Source: Trichosphaerium sp. ATCC 40318
Lineage: Eukaryota; Protista; Tubulinea
Assembly (NCBI GenBank): GCA_038496445.1
Contig: JALMLS010000015.1
Span: 62,001-126,000, forward strand
Reading direction: 5' to 3'
DNA length: 64,000 nt
The notes below the pieces were generated by a model, which was given only the letters and a program-made list of their open reading frames with translations, searched no databases and was not told where the DNA came from. Position numbers and translations under genes: made by a program. Position 1 is the stretch's first letter, and each line of letters begins with the position of its first letter. Below are positions 14,336 through 25,460 of this stretch, piece by piece.

Positions 14336-14632
14336 AAAAATTTGTTATACAACAAATCTACTGTCTTTCGACTGAAGAGGGCCCAGCGATCGTCACCGCC
14401 GTACCAGGTAGAACCTCTGTAAGACAAGTTGACCATGGTCCTTGCCGCACACGCCCAGGCGGTTAAACCTTATGGGTAGCTATCCACGAGGCGTGCTAGG
14501 GTATACTAGATCGACCGTTTGACACTTTGTTGGCCCTTTCGGACGTGTTCCATAGCCACATATGTCTGCTGCATCTGGTATGAGCACGTGTGAAGTCATA
14601 TCGTGGTGGACCGGAAGCCTAGTACCCCTGAG
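14336..14632 (-). ncRNA. Unassigned structured non-coding RNA (~290 nt), possible Pol III transcript
   Basis: GC-rich island with stops in all three minus frames. Nested helices have G-U pairs on the minus strand, plus two GAAA tetraloop hairpins. TATAAAAG lies ~30 nt upstream (14664-14657) and T6 downstream (14340-14335). Confidence 0.55.
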
Positions 14633-14656
14633 TTATTAGTAAGAAACGCTGAGATA

Positions 14657-14664
14657 CTTTTATA
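14657..14664 (-). promoter_or_regulatory. TATA box upstream of the structured RNA
   Basis: Minus strand TATAAAAG about 30 nt before the first helix. Confidence 0.45.
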
Positions 14665-15717
14665 CCCTTGCATTTTACATCAAAAATAAATTGTGGGATA
14701 CACTTCACCGAAATATCAGTTTTAATTACGCAAATATGGATAATGCACATTTTAATACAAAAGCACGTCGAAATAATACTGTCACAAGGTTGTAGAGTGT
14801 TAATAGTACGCAAGTAGTTGTTTTAAGATTCAAGGTTTTGAATATTGCTCCACTTTCCTAAATTGTCAGAAATTTCGAACCGACTTCTCCACTTTCCACT
14901 TTCTACAAAAAGTGTGAAACGACACGAAAACCAATAGATGGCTTTAAAATACCAATGGCACTGTATTCAGTAAGTTTTGATCTGTTTACCGTCAAAACAG
15001 AGGAACTTCTATTTATTTGCTGCAAAAACAACAAAAACCAAGTACTAGATGTACAGTGCGCACTAAACATGCGGTTTAGGAGAATTCTACTAGTTGCTAT
15101 TGTGAAAGACAATTGACGAGCTGCTATTACTACATATCAAGCATTCAGCGCGCGTGAAAAGAATTTGCGCACTATTTAACTACCAAACTACAACAAAAAA
15201 AACAAGTTTACTTTAAAGGTACGCGAAATCCAAAAGAATAGTCGCAATACGTTACCAATACGATGCCAAGCGTTTATAATGGGTTTTGATGCGCTGCTAC
15301 GTTAAGTGCTTAAATTACCTGCAAGTAATAATCTCGGTTTGAAGAAAGAAGAAGCAATGCGCTACCGTATTTACTACCTAATTTACCATACATGACGAGT
15401 GCTAAGCTCAACCGGCGCTTTACGTCCGCTTGAAAAGATGTGCGTTTTAATTTGCCTAAAGGTTGTGATGGAGTTGTTGGTTTGCGTGGTGTACGCTATG
15501 GCCCAACAAGGCGTCAAAGAGTAAAACTGAGCAAGGAGCATTTTCTGTCACATATATTGTTATACAAGTGGGGTAGACAAACAAGCAAACACACTCGCAT
15601 TATAAAGGTAGAAGCTTCCTTATCTTGTAGAATCGGTTTTGAATAGGCCAAATACGTTTGCAAGGCACTGTTAAAGTCTAGAAAGTGTGTGGTTTCGAAG
15701 CGTTATCTCTGTAGATA

Positions 15718-18700
15718 TCAAACGGCTGTTCCTGGTGCGAAATATTTTTGTAGGACCTCAAACGAAGTGAATGTAATCGCAAAGAGTGGCATTATGACCA
15801 TTACGCGTGTTTGTGTGCCTATACAGTAATTAAACAATCGAGTAGACAGATAACAATTAAATAAAGCTCCACGTAAACAGCAACCATTACGTACCCTTAA
15901 AAAATGAATACAGTCCTTCTGTTTTGTACATTTTTTGAATGCAGTCAAGCATACCGTTGTACTTTCCTTTACCATTTTGTAGACGCGTTTTAACAGTATC
16001 AGCAGGAGTATCAAAAGCTGCAGCAATACCACCAGCACCTATTAAACAATGAGTTAACTCTAATATCGTTTTCCAATGAAAAAAAGTCGAGAAGGTTTTT
16101 GTCTACGTGATGAATCCTGTGTACGTACCTGCACCAGAAGCGAGAATCTGATAGATACCAACCTCACCATCCTTGTCTTCCAATAACTTTTTAAATCCAG
16201 CAAACAGCGTAAAGTAAATTGCGTTAAACGGAAGATCTCTAGCTACAGTAGCGGCAAAACCAGTGTAGAGACCACGAACACCTAAGACAATGAGACTTTA
16301 TGACCATGCAAACAAAAAAAAAATAGCAGCTAAACGAGGGATTTTCGTACCCAGCTCTCTCATAATCTGTACTGCTCCTTTTTTATCCTTTTTACTCGAT
16401 TGCATTTGTATTCGAATCTTTACGGTTTCGTATGGATTGGTAATAAACACTTGTACGCAACCTTTATATCGTAAGCAACGCAAAACTGTCAAAAAGTCGG
16501 AGAAAGGAGTTTCTAAATAGTATTTTCGACTTAGTCACTTGAGTGTACCTGTACCAACGCCAGCAAGGCAATCTTGATAAAATGTTGGCGCTCTACCTCC
16601 ATTGTACCGTTTAAATTGGCGACGGAGATAATCATTCACAACAAGCTTTACTGTTTTCTCTGGCGTTATACCAACAAGCTGAGTACCAATACCTTTGTAT
16701 AAGTGAAGCTACAGTACGCTTAGTACGCTAATACGCAAAGGAAAACTAAAAAGCACTTACGAATCCCTCATTTCTAGCAATGTTAATGAGAGTGCGTATG
16801 GCGCCATGATCTGCTTTTCCGACTTTACTACGTAAGGGTAAGAAGCGTTCTTTTTGAAATAGTAGCGTGTAAAATCAAAAAATCAGGTGTACCTTTGCAA
16901 GCGTGTCTTTACTTTATCTATTGGATAAACAGAGGATGCACCAATACAAGCTGATAGCTGTCCAATAGCCAGTGTATTCAAAAATGACAAAGGTTGCTAA
17001 CACGTCGTGTTTTAGTGTACATGTTAAAAAACAAGAATAATAGAAAAAAAAACCATTAAAATTCAATAATATACGCGTACACCAGCTACTGCTGCCTGTC
17101 TCTTTACATCTATAAGTGTTTGCTTCGTAATTACACCCTAAAATTATTATGAGTTTATTACCTGTACGTAGAACAAGAATGGCACGAACCTCTTTTACTT
17201 TATCATAAATATTAAATATTATTTGTTTTTGAGGTTCTGATAGCGATACGTTCGCTTGTTCTGATACAAGCTTATCAAAAGACTCTATATAAAGTCAGAG
17301 ACTGATTCTTATGCGTTTTGGGGGTTTTGGGACTTACCTTTGGTGACAACATTTTCATCTTGAGTTAGAGCATCTAGGGCATTACTAACATCATTGAATT
17401 TACCAGCCAAGTCCATGAAAACATTGAACTGATCTTCATCTACGCCATTACCGCCACTTACAGCTTTAAGGTTGACCTACACGTAAAAAAATTATTATTC
17501 CTGAACTCCATAGCAGAAACCAAAAATGTATTCCGATACCTTTAGTACGAGTGGAAACAATGTGCGCCTCCATGCCGCACTTACTACGGTTTTAAATTCT
17601 CTAATTGATAGTGCACCTTCTTGTCCGTATAAGTAGTTGAAGGTTTGCCTTACAATAGCTATATTCTGCGCCTAAACAGAAAATGTTATTTTGAAGGCAT
17701 TTACACCAACACAGCGTAAGTAGTTCTACTCTCACGCGAATCATGTACACGCTTTGCTTAGTGACATGTGAAACGAAAGCAACCAAAGCAAATGTGCTAC
17801 AGGAACCAAAAAAAACCTTGTTCAATGAAAGCCTTTTGTGGATAGACACTCAAGATGGTTGCACGTACTAGCAGCTTTGTGCGAAACTTCTCATAAGTGA
17901 GCTTTGGTTCGTCTCCAAAGTATGTCTGAAAAATTGCTGCATCTGGTGGCAAGTCGGCTACGTTATGCTTACGTGCCAAAGGAACCAAAATTTCCGAAAA
18001 TTCGCCTTTTGTTAACATAGATTAGTACTCCTAGTACGGAAAATCCCAACCTAAGACTTTGCGTACCAATTGTTGCTTCTCCGCCATTAAATGACTTGAA
18101 AGCAGCCTCAAATTGTCCATCTGTGGCGTAGAGGAGGCGGGTATACAAAGCAAACTCTGCTTTGGTTACAAGAGTGTCTCTTGTCATGCCAAATTCTTGA
18201 AGCAACTCTTCCACGTGCTCCATTGCCACTAAGTAGAAAAGCGTCAATTTTAAACGACTGAGCAAAAAAAAAAGAGCTAATTTTGTTTTGTAGCTGTTGA
18301 TAAACAAAACGCTTATCGTTGTAGTACACGTAGCAATAGAAAGGGAAAATTTACGTTTCTGAGGAGTGTTTTTTTTCAACTGGTTTTTTTTTAATTGTTT
18401 CACGTACATTCGCCTGGTACAACGCTGGTAACGATAGCATCAATGAAACTCGTTGCAGATAACACCTTCTTTTTGTAATCGGGGTGTTTTTTTGCAAACT
18501 TTCGAAACATGCCATTTGCATCTTCCGGAGAAGGCCCATTGGCCTAGTAGAGTTAAATAAAACGCTATATGAAAGTATGAGTTCGTACGTCGCCACCACC
18601 TACACTAACTCCAGCAGCATCAGCTGGTGCAGAGTTGTACGCTACCACTCCAGCGATTATACCGGCACTTAATAACCATGCGCCATGGAACCAGGGGGAG

Positions 18701-18924
18701 CTTGGTGAATTAATAAGTAAAAAGACCGGATTTCTCTGCTACCGGCTGTGCCATGAATTTGCTTTGCTCATAATAGCATGATAGGCTCTTGACTGCACCC
18801 TTGTACGGTACTGGGAAGACCTTCTGTTTCGTTTTCCATCCCATCGTCTTTGTGTCCTTATTTCGGTTGGCGTATGCGCCTTCTTGACCACTACGGCGTG
18901 CCGAGTGACAAACGCCCTCTTCAT
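15718..18924 (-). CDS. SLC25A12: Calcium-binding mitochondrial carrier (aralar/citrin-like aspartate-glutamate carrier) with N-terminal presequence
   Basis: Three carrier signature repeats (PIDKVKTRLQ, PYETVKIRIQ, PADTVKTRLQ), GITPEKTVKL and RDLPFNAIYF. EF-hand-like N-domain (TRDTLVTKAEF...DGQFEAAF). First exons MKRAFVTRH... and AGIIAGVVAYNSAPADA splice in frame. Confidence 0.85.
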
Positions 18925-19964
18925 TTTGGCCAGTAATGTAATGGATGGGGCTTTCTTTAAGGTCGGAGTAATAAGTCAATAAGTTCAATATAGCGTTTTA
19001 TGGCGCCGTGTAGTAGTTCTAGTGGGTTGTTTTGAGTTTAGAATACTGCAACGGATAGTTTTTGGCAATACAAAATAACACCATAATTTACTTCTTGTTT
19101 GTGTACCAACACACTACCCTTGCGTACGTATAGCTATTTGTCCATTTTAGGAGTGAGTGTAGTTAAACTCAGTTTACAACCCAACTGTAGCCTTTGAACG
19201 CAATAGTGTATTCCTAGCTTGTCTTACACTTTCTCCCCCTGTTTGGACGACAAACTGTCTTGCATACAGCTACCCATGCAAACACCTTACAATAGCATGT
19301 AGTACAAAACGAATTTCACTTGGCCGTTGTTTTGTACCGAAAAACTTTCGCGTATTTAATTGTTCGTTTTCGTATTCATACGTCTTTGAGTGCTGTACTT
19401 TGAGCGCAAGGCAAAAGGGAGAGCACAAATTGTTTTTAGCCTCAAAGACGAACCATTGACGGTTTTGGTTGTCCCACTACCGTTGAAAGACCCACTAACG
19501 CCTTGAACTGCTATATTAACGCGTGTGGTTACTATCAATGAACTAGCGATCTTTTTTACATAACAGAGCGGGCTTGTTATAAGCAGTTTTGTTCCCTATT
19601 TCGCTAAGTTTGTAAACGGGACCAAAATGAGTAACTACAACAAAACCACGTGGTACGACTTTTCTCTTTCGAGTGTTGTATTTGGTGCTTATTGACGTAG
19701 GCATCCATTTGATTGACACAAAGATGTATTCCAATTACAAGTCTACCAACCGTCAGTATCCTCAAGCCTGCGTTTCTGCAGTGGGTGAGTACAGAGTGTT
19801 TTATGTTGCCCTTGATAGAGTCCTATGGCGGATGTATGGATGGTATATCACATGGCTTTTGAAGGAGAACATTCTACACATTTTGTCACAACCGGTGGTT
19901 TAGGAACCCGCGACCCTATTGCATCTTTGCTGATCTCATGATCTGCGTTGTAAATAGTTTAGAG

Positions 19965-20935
19965 TTAAATACCATAATATCTACTGGCATCACTAAATTC
20001 TAATTCATCACTACTTGATAAACCATATTCATCATGCGGTGCAATACAATCACTTTCAATATATCCAATAGTAAACTGATTAAGCTTCTTATATATCTTC
20101 CTCATGCAAAGAGAATTTAAAATAAGCCTTAGCTTTCTACCACCATCTAATTTAAGTCCTTTATCTTCATCATCTTTTTTATAATATTTTAAAACATTGA
20201 TTAATCTATCCATGACCTTGCTATTAACAAGAACTTGTCTAAGACCATCAGCCTCTTTACGATAACAAAAGATATCATCATCAATTTTTGCTACAAAACT
20301 CTTTGCACTACAAGGAGCTTTTATAGAAACTGTCATTGTATCAAAACCAAGTTGAGGATAAGGAGGGAATATAACAATATCAATAAACAAAGATAACTTC
20401 CCTGTATAATGCTCTTGCTCCTTGTAATGTGTTACGTAAGTGAAAGGATACACCTTATCACTCATTCTCATATGAGCATCATGTCTGCCAATAACATCCC
20501 TATAGTCATCATACTTATCACGTGGGTTTTTTTGTAGAAATGTTGGTGAGATGACAGGCATACGGATAGTCCCATACTTTTTATCAAAAGCTATACGATT
20601 GAATAGAAACTGTTTGATGTCTTGAGATGATACTGGCTTTTGAAGCTCGGATTTAAGATGCTTGGATTGAAATAGTGGTTGTTTGGAGTAATACTTGTTG
20701 TAGTAATGACTACAAGTCGACTCTGAGGAGATGACAGCGCAAAAAACCTTGTTTATCGCCAACCAAGCAGAAACGTCCATAAAGTCGTTAATTTCAAAAG
20801 CTATCCTTACAATATAGTCTACTACGTCTATTTGGGTGAAAGGCGTCCGATGTTGCTGTATTTCAAATTCTTGATAACGTTTTTCTTCTAAGCTCTACAA
20901 ATCATTAAGAACCGAACTTACTACGCGTAAGACAT
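19965..20935 (-). CDS. Hypothetical protein with possible divergent F-box-like N-terminus, mostly single exon
   Basis: 271-aa ORF extends upstream in frame (PFTQIDVVDYIVRIAFEINDFMDVSAWLAINKVF). First exon uncertain. Confidence 0.5.
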
Positions 20936-21237
20936 GGTTTTTGTGGTATTTTAGCACAAAGACGGCTAATAAGTATGACAAATGGTTGTAAACGTCGTAC
21001 AAAGTCGCTAGAACATGATGAAGATGAAAGCAACAGCATGAAGTGCTATTCGCGTAATGCTATTTGCTAATTTGACCAAAAAAAAAGTAATGTTCAAACT
21101 TGTTTGACTGAAACGACACTTGCAATTTCCTCAGCAAAAAAAATAATGGTTAAAACGCGTGTAGAAATAATTACAAGTTTATAAAGGTTATGATTAAAAC
21201 CCGTTACATGACACGTGCGACCATTGACATTCCTTCT

Positions 21238-22294
21238 TTATTCGTTCTTCCAAGAGTAGATTTGTACTCGAATCTAAAAAACCATGTGAGTAACAAAACA
21301 TGAATTGGTAAAACCAACACTTACGTCCTTTGCATCTTCGAAGCTTTCTTCACGAATACGCCTAGCACGTTCTTCTTCCTCGGCTTTTTTAACCTTCTCT
21401 AGGTTGTCTTTCCTCTCTAACTCTGCTTCAGCAGCAATTGTGTCATCTTCGACAATCTAAACAAAGCATCAGCTTGTTGTTTCTTTTGTTTCAAGATTGT
21501 TTGGTGTACCCTTCTTTGACGCTCTTCTTCTTCGAGTGCCTTGGCTGCTTTTAGAGATGTATGTTCTTCAACAGGCCCGAAAGCCTTCTTAGCAACAATG
21601 ATGTTACAATCCGCATGCTCAAGGCAGTACTTTGTTGTAGAACCAACAAAAACTCTGTAAAAAAAACCTGTTAGAATCTGACTTTTAATTCCGGTACGGA
21701 GTTTATCCTTACCTTGAGATTGAGTTAATGTCTCTTCTGCCAAGTATTAAATGAGCGATTTTTTTCTCAGTTATGGCCTGTGACGTTGTCAAAAACAAGT
21801 TTTTTTGTTGAGTTTGTACCTTGCAGATGCCTTCTCCAACATGTTGACTCCACCCCATGACAAGTTTTGGTGTGACGCCAGCGTCGAGGGCCTTCTTGTA
21901 GTATCCTCTCAACGTTTTCTTGCAAACGTTCTCCTAAAGAAAGGTAAGAAAACGCGAACAAAACCAAAAAAATCGGAATAGGAAATTCGCTCAATTAAAC
22001 GCATACCACTGATTTTCTGTATTCCTCAATGTATTCTGCTGCTTGCATAGGGAACAATCTTAAGTTTTTAACGTCTTCAGCTGCTCTGTAGATGTATAGA
22101 ACGTCTTGCTTTGGATCAATCATGGACAAAGCCTAAAGATCATCTGTTAGCTAAATTATTAGCCATTTACGCTGTCTTACAATATTGAATGCCCATTGAG
22201 AATAGCTAAAACGTCACGTGTTAAAAAAAAACGAACTAAGTTTTTCACTGTTTACGTACATTGATTCGTCTACTGCTACTAACCAGTTTGCCAT
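21238..22294 (-). CDS. Universal stress protein (UspA domain) with charged C-terminal extension
   Basis: MANWLVAVDES, HLILGRRD, and FVGSTTKYCLEHADCNIIVAK (USP motif GS...C.V.V). Confidence 0.85.
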
Positions 22295-22581
22295 TTGTTG
22301 TTGTTTGTATGTGGTTGTTCGTTTTTTGATTAGTTTCCGCATTTTTTTGCTTCTCCAAAAAAATGGAATACTAAGAATAACAACTAAGAAACACCCTTGC
22401 AACCACTTTTGGATTGTGCGATGGTTAAAAATTCTTACGGCAACTAAACAACTTACGGACACGTGCCGACATTCGGCTTTGGAACATTAAATAACCGTTG
22501 AAACGAGCAATCAAACAAAAAGTGAGTCGGATAAAAAATGAAGTGGATTTTATTTTTTTTTTGTTTTATTTGTTTCGTTCT

Positions 22582-24567
22582 TTATACTTTTGGTGCGGAA
22601 CCGTCCTTAGAAAATCCGAATTTCAACGTGTCAATATTTTGAAGTTTCTCAAGCAAGCTATTTCCAAAACATTCAGAAGGCATCAAAACACCGCCAGACC
22701 CTCTGAAAGAAAAACAAAAATTAGGAATCTGCATTACACTAAAATTTAATCTAAACGTACTCGCTTCCTTCATCAATAAGAGTGAAAGCACTTTCAGAAA
22801 CAAACGTGGCAGTGATATCATACCTGTACGAAAAAATCAAAAAATCACAAAAAAAAAGTGCAAAATAAAAAGTAAAGAAACAAAAAAGTTCAACTAAAAA
22901 AAGTACATTTCAGGTCCATGCATAACAGCTCGGACAGTCTTTTTTGATTTTGTTTTACCAACAAAATCTATATGAAATGATGAATCAGCCGCAGCTTTGG
23001 TTGCTGCTCCAGGTTTTGGTACAACAAACTAACAAGAAATAAGTTTCCTTTTTGAAAAATTAATAACAAGGAATTTACTTTTTTGAGGAACCAGCGTGTA
23101 GGCGGCAAGTACGCCATTATTATCCCTAGAACCAAAACAAACCACCCTGTAAATGCCTTGAACATAGAACTCGAATGGAGCATTTCATCATAAGAAAAGT
23201 CAGTGCCTATAAAAACGCGTGTTAGTTCCAAATCGACAAAAAAACACAAGAGAAGACTTTGTGGTTTCATTTGTCAACTTAGTTATGTGCATACCCAAGT
23301 TACGTGCGGAACGTCTAGCAACCCAAGCGTTAACCATGCTCATAGGGAATGGGTATCCCCACGACCTGTAAAACGTTAACAAATAGGATTTTTTGAAAGC
23401 CAAACTTACTTGGTATCTTTTTCATAGCTAACAAATGTTTTCGGTTTTGGTATATCTGGCTGTACAAACAAATAAGATATAATTTATTTATCTCAAAGAA
23501 ACCACAACGTACTGTTTGCTTTGGAGAACTTTCGAGAATGTTAAAAACAGACGCTACAATAAATTGATTAATGAATGTCAAACCATATTTTTTCGAACAA
23601 AAAATTGCTTTGATTCTGCATGTACCTAGTGTTCCTCCGCTAACACGGCCGCCACGTAATTTATAATAAGCTTTTATTGATTCACAATTCTCACCGAATG
23701 CCTAGATTGTATTAAAGGGCGTGTAAATGAATCGCAAATAAAATTTTGGATAAATTTCACTGTTAATAAAACTTCGGTGTTGTGTTTCCATAAAACATTA
23801 CCTTTTGTGTTTCAAGGTTACAATAATAAGCTCCAATATCAGATGGAACACTATCAAAACCACAGCAAGGAACAATTTTAACACCCTAAACATTATAAGA
23901 ATAGCACTATGACGTAACCAACGAATATTATAACAAACAAAAGCACAAAAAGAATTTAAGTTTTCGAATTTGAGAAAACAGCAAAACAAATAAAGACGAA
24001 GTCTGTCTTAAAGTGGGAATGTAACGCACGTTTTTAACGGCCTTGTCGTGATACTTTTCGATCATTTCTTTAACCCAAAAGACTTCCCCGGTAATGTCAC
24101 AATAGTGGGTACCGTGGGATACACATGCATCAACGATTGGGGTCCTTTGGGTACAGTTAGCGCAAAAGGTGGACAAACTAACGGACTTTTACCCGTATTT
24201 TGTAAATGGCCCTACAGCAGCGATGATAACCTTGCATTGTTGCGCTAGGTTATTAATTGACGTTTGATCCGAGGAATCTGCGATGATAATTGGCACATCG
24301 AACTTTCCCATTCTTATAAGCATGTAAACGCGTTTAACAGACGTACGTGATGGTCTGACAATAATTCTTTTTTGATTACTTCGAGTTTGCTCTTCGTTCT
24401 CCCTCCAATCGCCCATTTGAGGTTCTTTGGCGCTGATTCAGCGCAGTATTTAGTAATCAACTGAATAAAACGTTAAAATTGAATCTTTTGTATTGCCTAA
24501 AATGTACAACCTTTCCAGTGAGCCCAGTAGCTCCCCAAATAACGAAATCTAAACTACGTGCTGCCAT
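22582..24567 (-). CDS. SCCPDH: Saccharopine dehydrogenase-like oxidoreductase
   Basis: FVIWGATGLTGK, WAIGGR, IIAAVGPFTKYG, ACVSHGTHYCDITGE, CCGFDSVPSD, SGGT and GGVLMPS motifs across exons. Confidence 0.9.
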
Positions 24568-24988
24568 TTGTTCTGTGCGTAAATATTCTGTTAGTTAAAG
24601 AAGCTTTCCGACTTGGATTGACTTCAGAAAACTTCGAAAACTGCTAAAGCTGACAAGCGCCATACAACCCTTTGCGGTTCTATAAGCTAACAAAGTGCAA
24701 AGGTTGGTAATGTCATACCCACGTGCCCAACCAACAAAAACATGAGGTATAGGGAGCCTCACAAAACAAAACAGCAATAAAACAGTAATTTTCAAGGCGA
24801 AAACACACCGCCGCTGACGTTCGAGATACGGCTCATAATGCTTACGAAAATGAATTCTTGAGTTAAAATCGATTTTAAGACCTGGAGACACATTGTGAAC
24901 TAATTAGTTCCTTACGCGGAGTAAAAAAGAAGCTATTTGCTTTGTACAACGAAGTAATTTATTTTACTTTACTTGCAACAAACTTGGT

Positions 24989-25311
24989 CTATTTCCTGAC
25001 CTTTGGGATGATGTTGACGAAACGTCTAATTAAATGGTAAGTATCAGTATCGCCAATAAGAAATTGCACAAAAAGTTGCACGAACCTGTTGTACAGTTTT
25101 CTTTTGTATGCGCGACCGCGTGTAGCTCTTTTCTTCTCAGATGGAGCGATTTTTGGTGTCTTGTTACGGACTTTACCTGCTTGAGCGAGACCACCGTGTG
25201 CTAAAGCAACCACTTAGACGGAGAACATAAAGGTGTTCCAGTGTTTTTCAATAAAATGCAAATACGACGCGGGAGAGCCTCCCATAAACTTCTACAAAAG
25301 AACGTACCCAT
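24989..25311 (-). CDS. RPS30: 40S ribosomal protein eS30 (not fused to a ubiquitin-like domain), 3 exons
   Basis: ATGG micro-exon at 25311-25308, then AHGGLAQAGKVRNKTPK...RGRAYKRKLYNRRFVN. Confidence 0.95.
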
Positions 25312-25460
25312 GTTGTTACTATCTAATCGGGTTAGGTGAAATGTTAAGCTGCACAAGCGGTTAAGCCAATCAGTAAAAAAAATTGTAAACCAAAATCGAG
25401 AAATTAAATACAATTGTCTGTGATATAATACATGGTTTTGAATTTTCTACAATACACTCA

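Noticed and set aside
14372-14400. CTGAAGAG resembling a hammerhead ribozyme core on the plus strand
   Set aside because: No stem II followed by GAAA and no cleavage-site stem; G-U pairs favour the minus strand.
14865-14884. tRNA T-arm/B-box-like GTCGGTTCGAAATTTCTGAC (minus)
   Set aside because: No cloverleaf or A box, and the B-box match is imperfect.
18480-18960. GC-rich island suspected to be an ncRNA
   Set aside because: It resolves into the first three in-frame exons of the aralar-like gene on the minus strand.
19895-19917. tRNA-like GGTCGCGGGTTC (minus)
   Set aside because: Lacks the rest of the T loop, acceptor and anticodon arms.
25271-25283. GGGAG-AGC-CTCCC hairpin in RPS30 intron 1 as an intronic snoRNA
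   Set aside because: No C/D or H/ACA boxes; a single short stem is insufficient.
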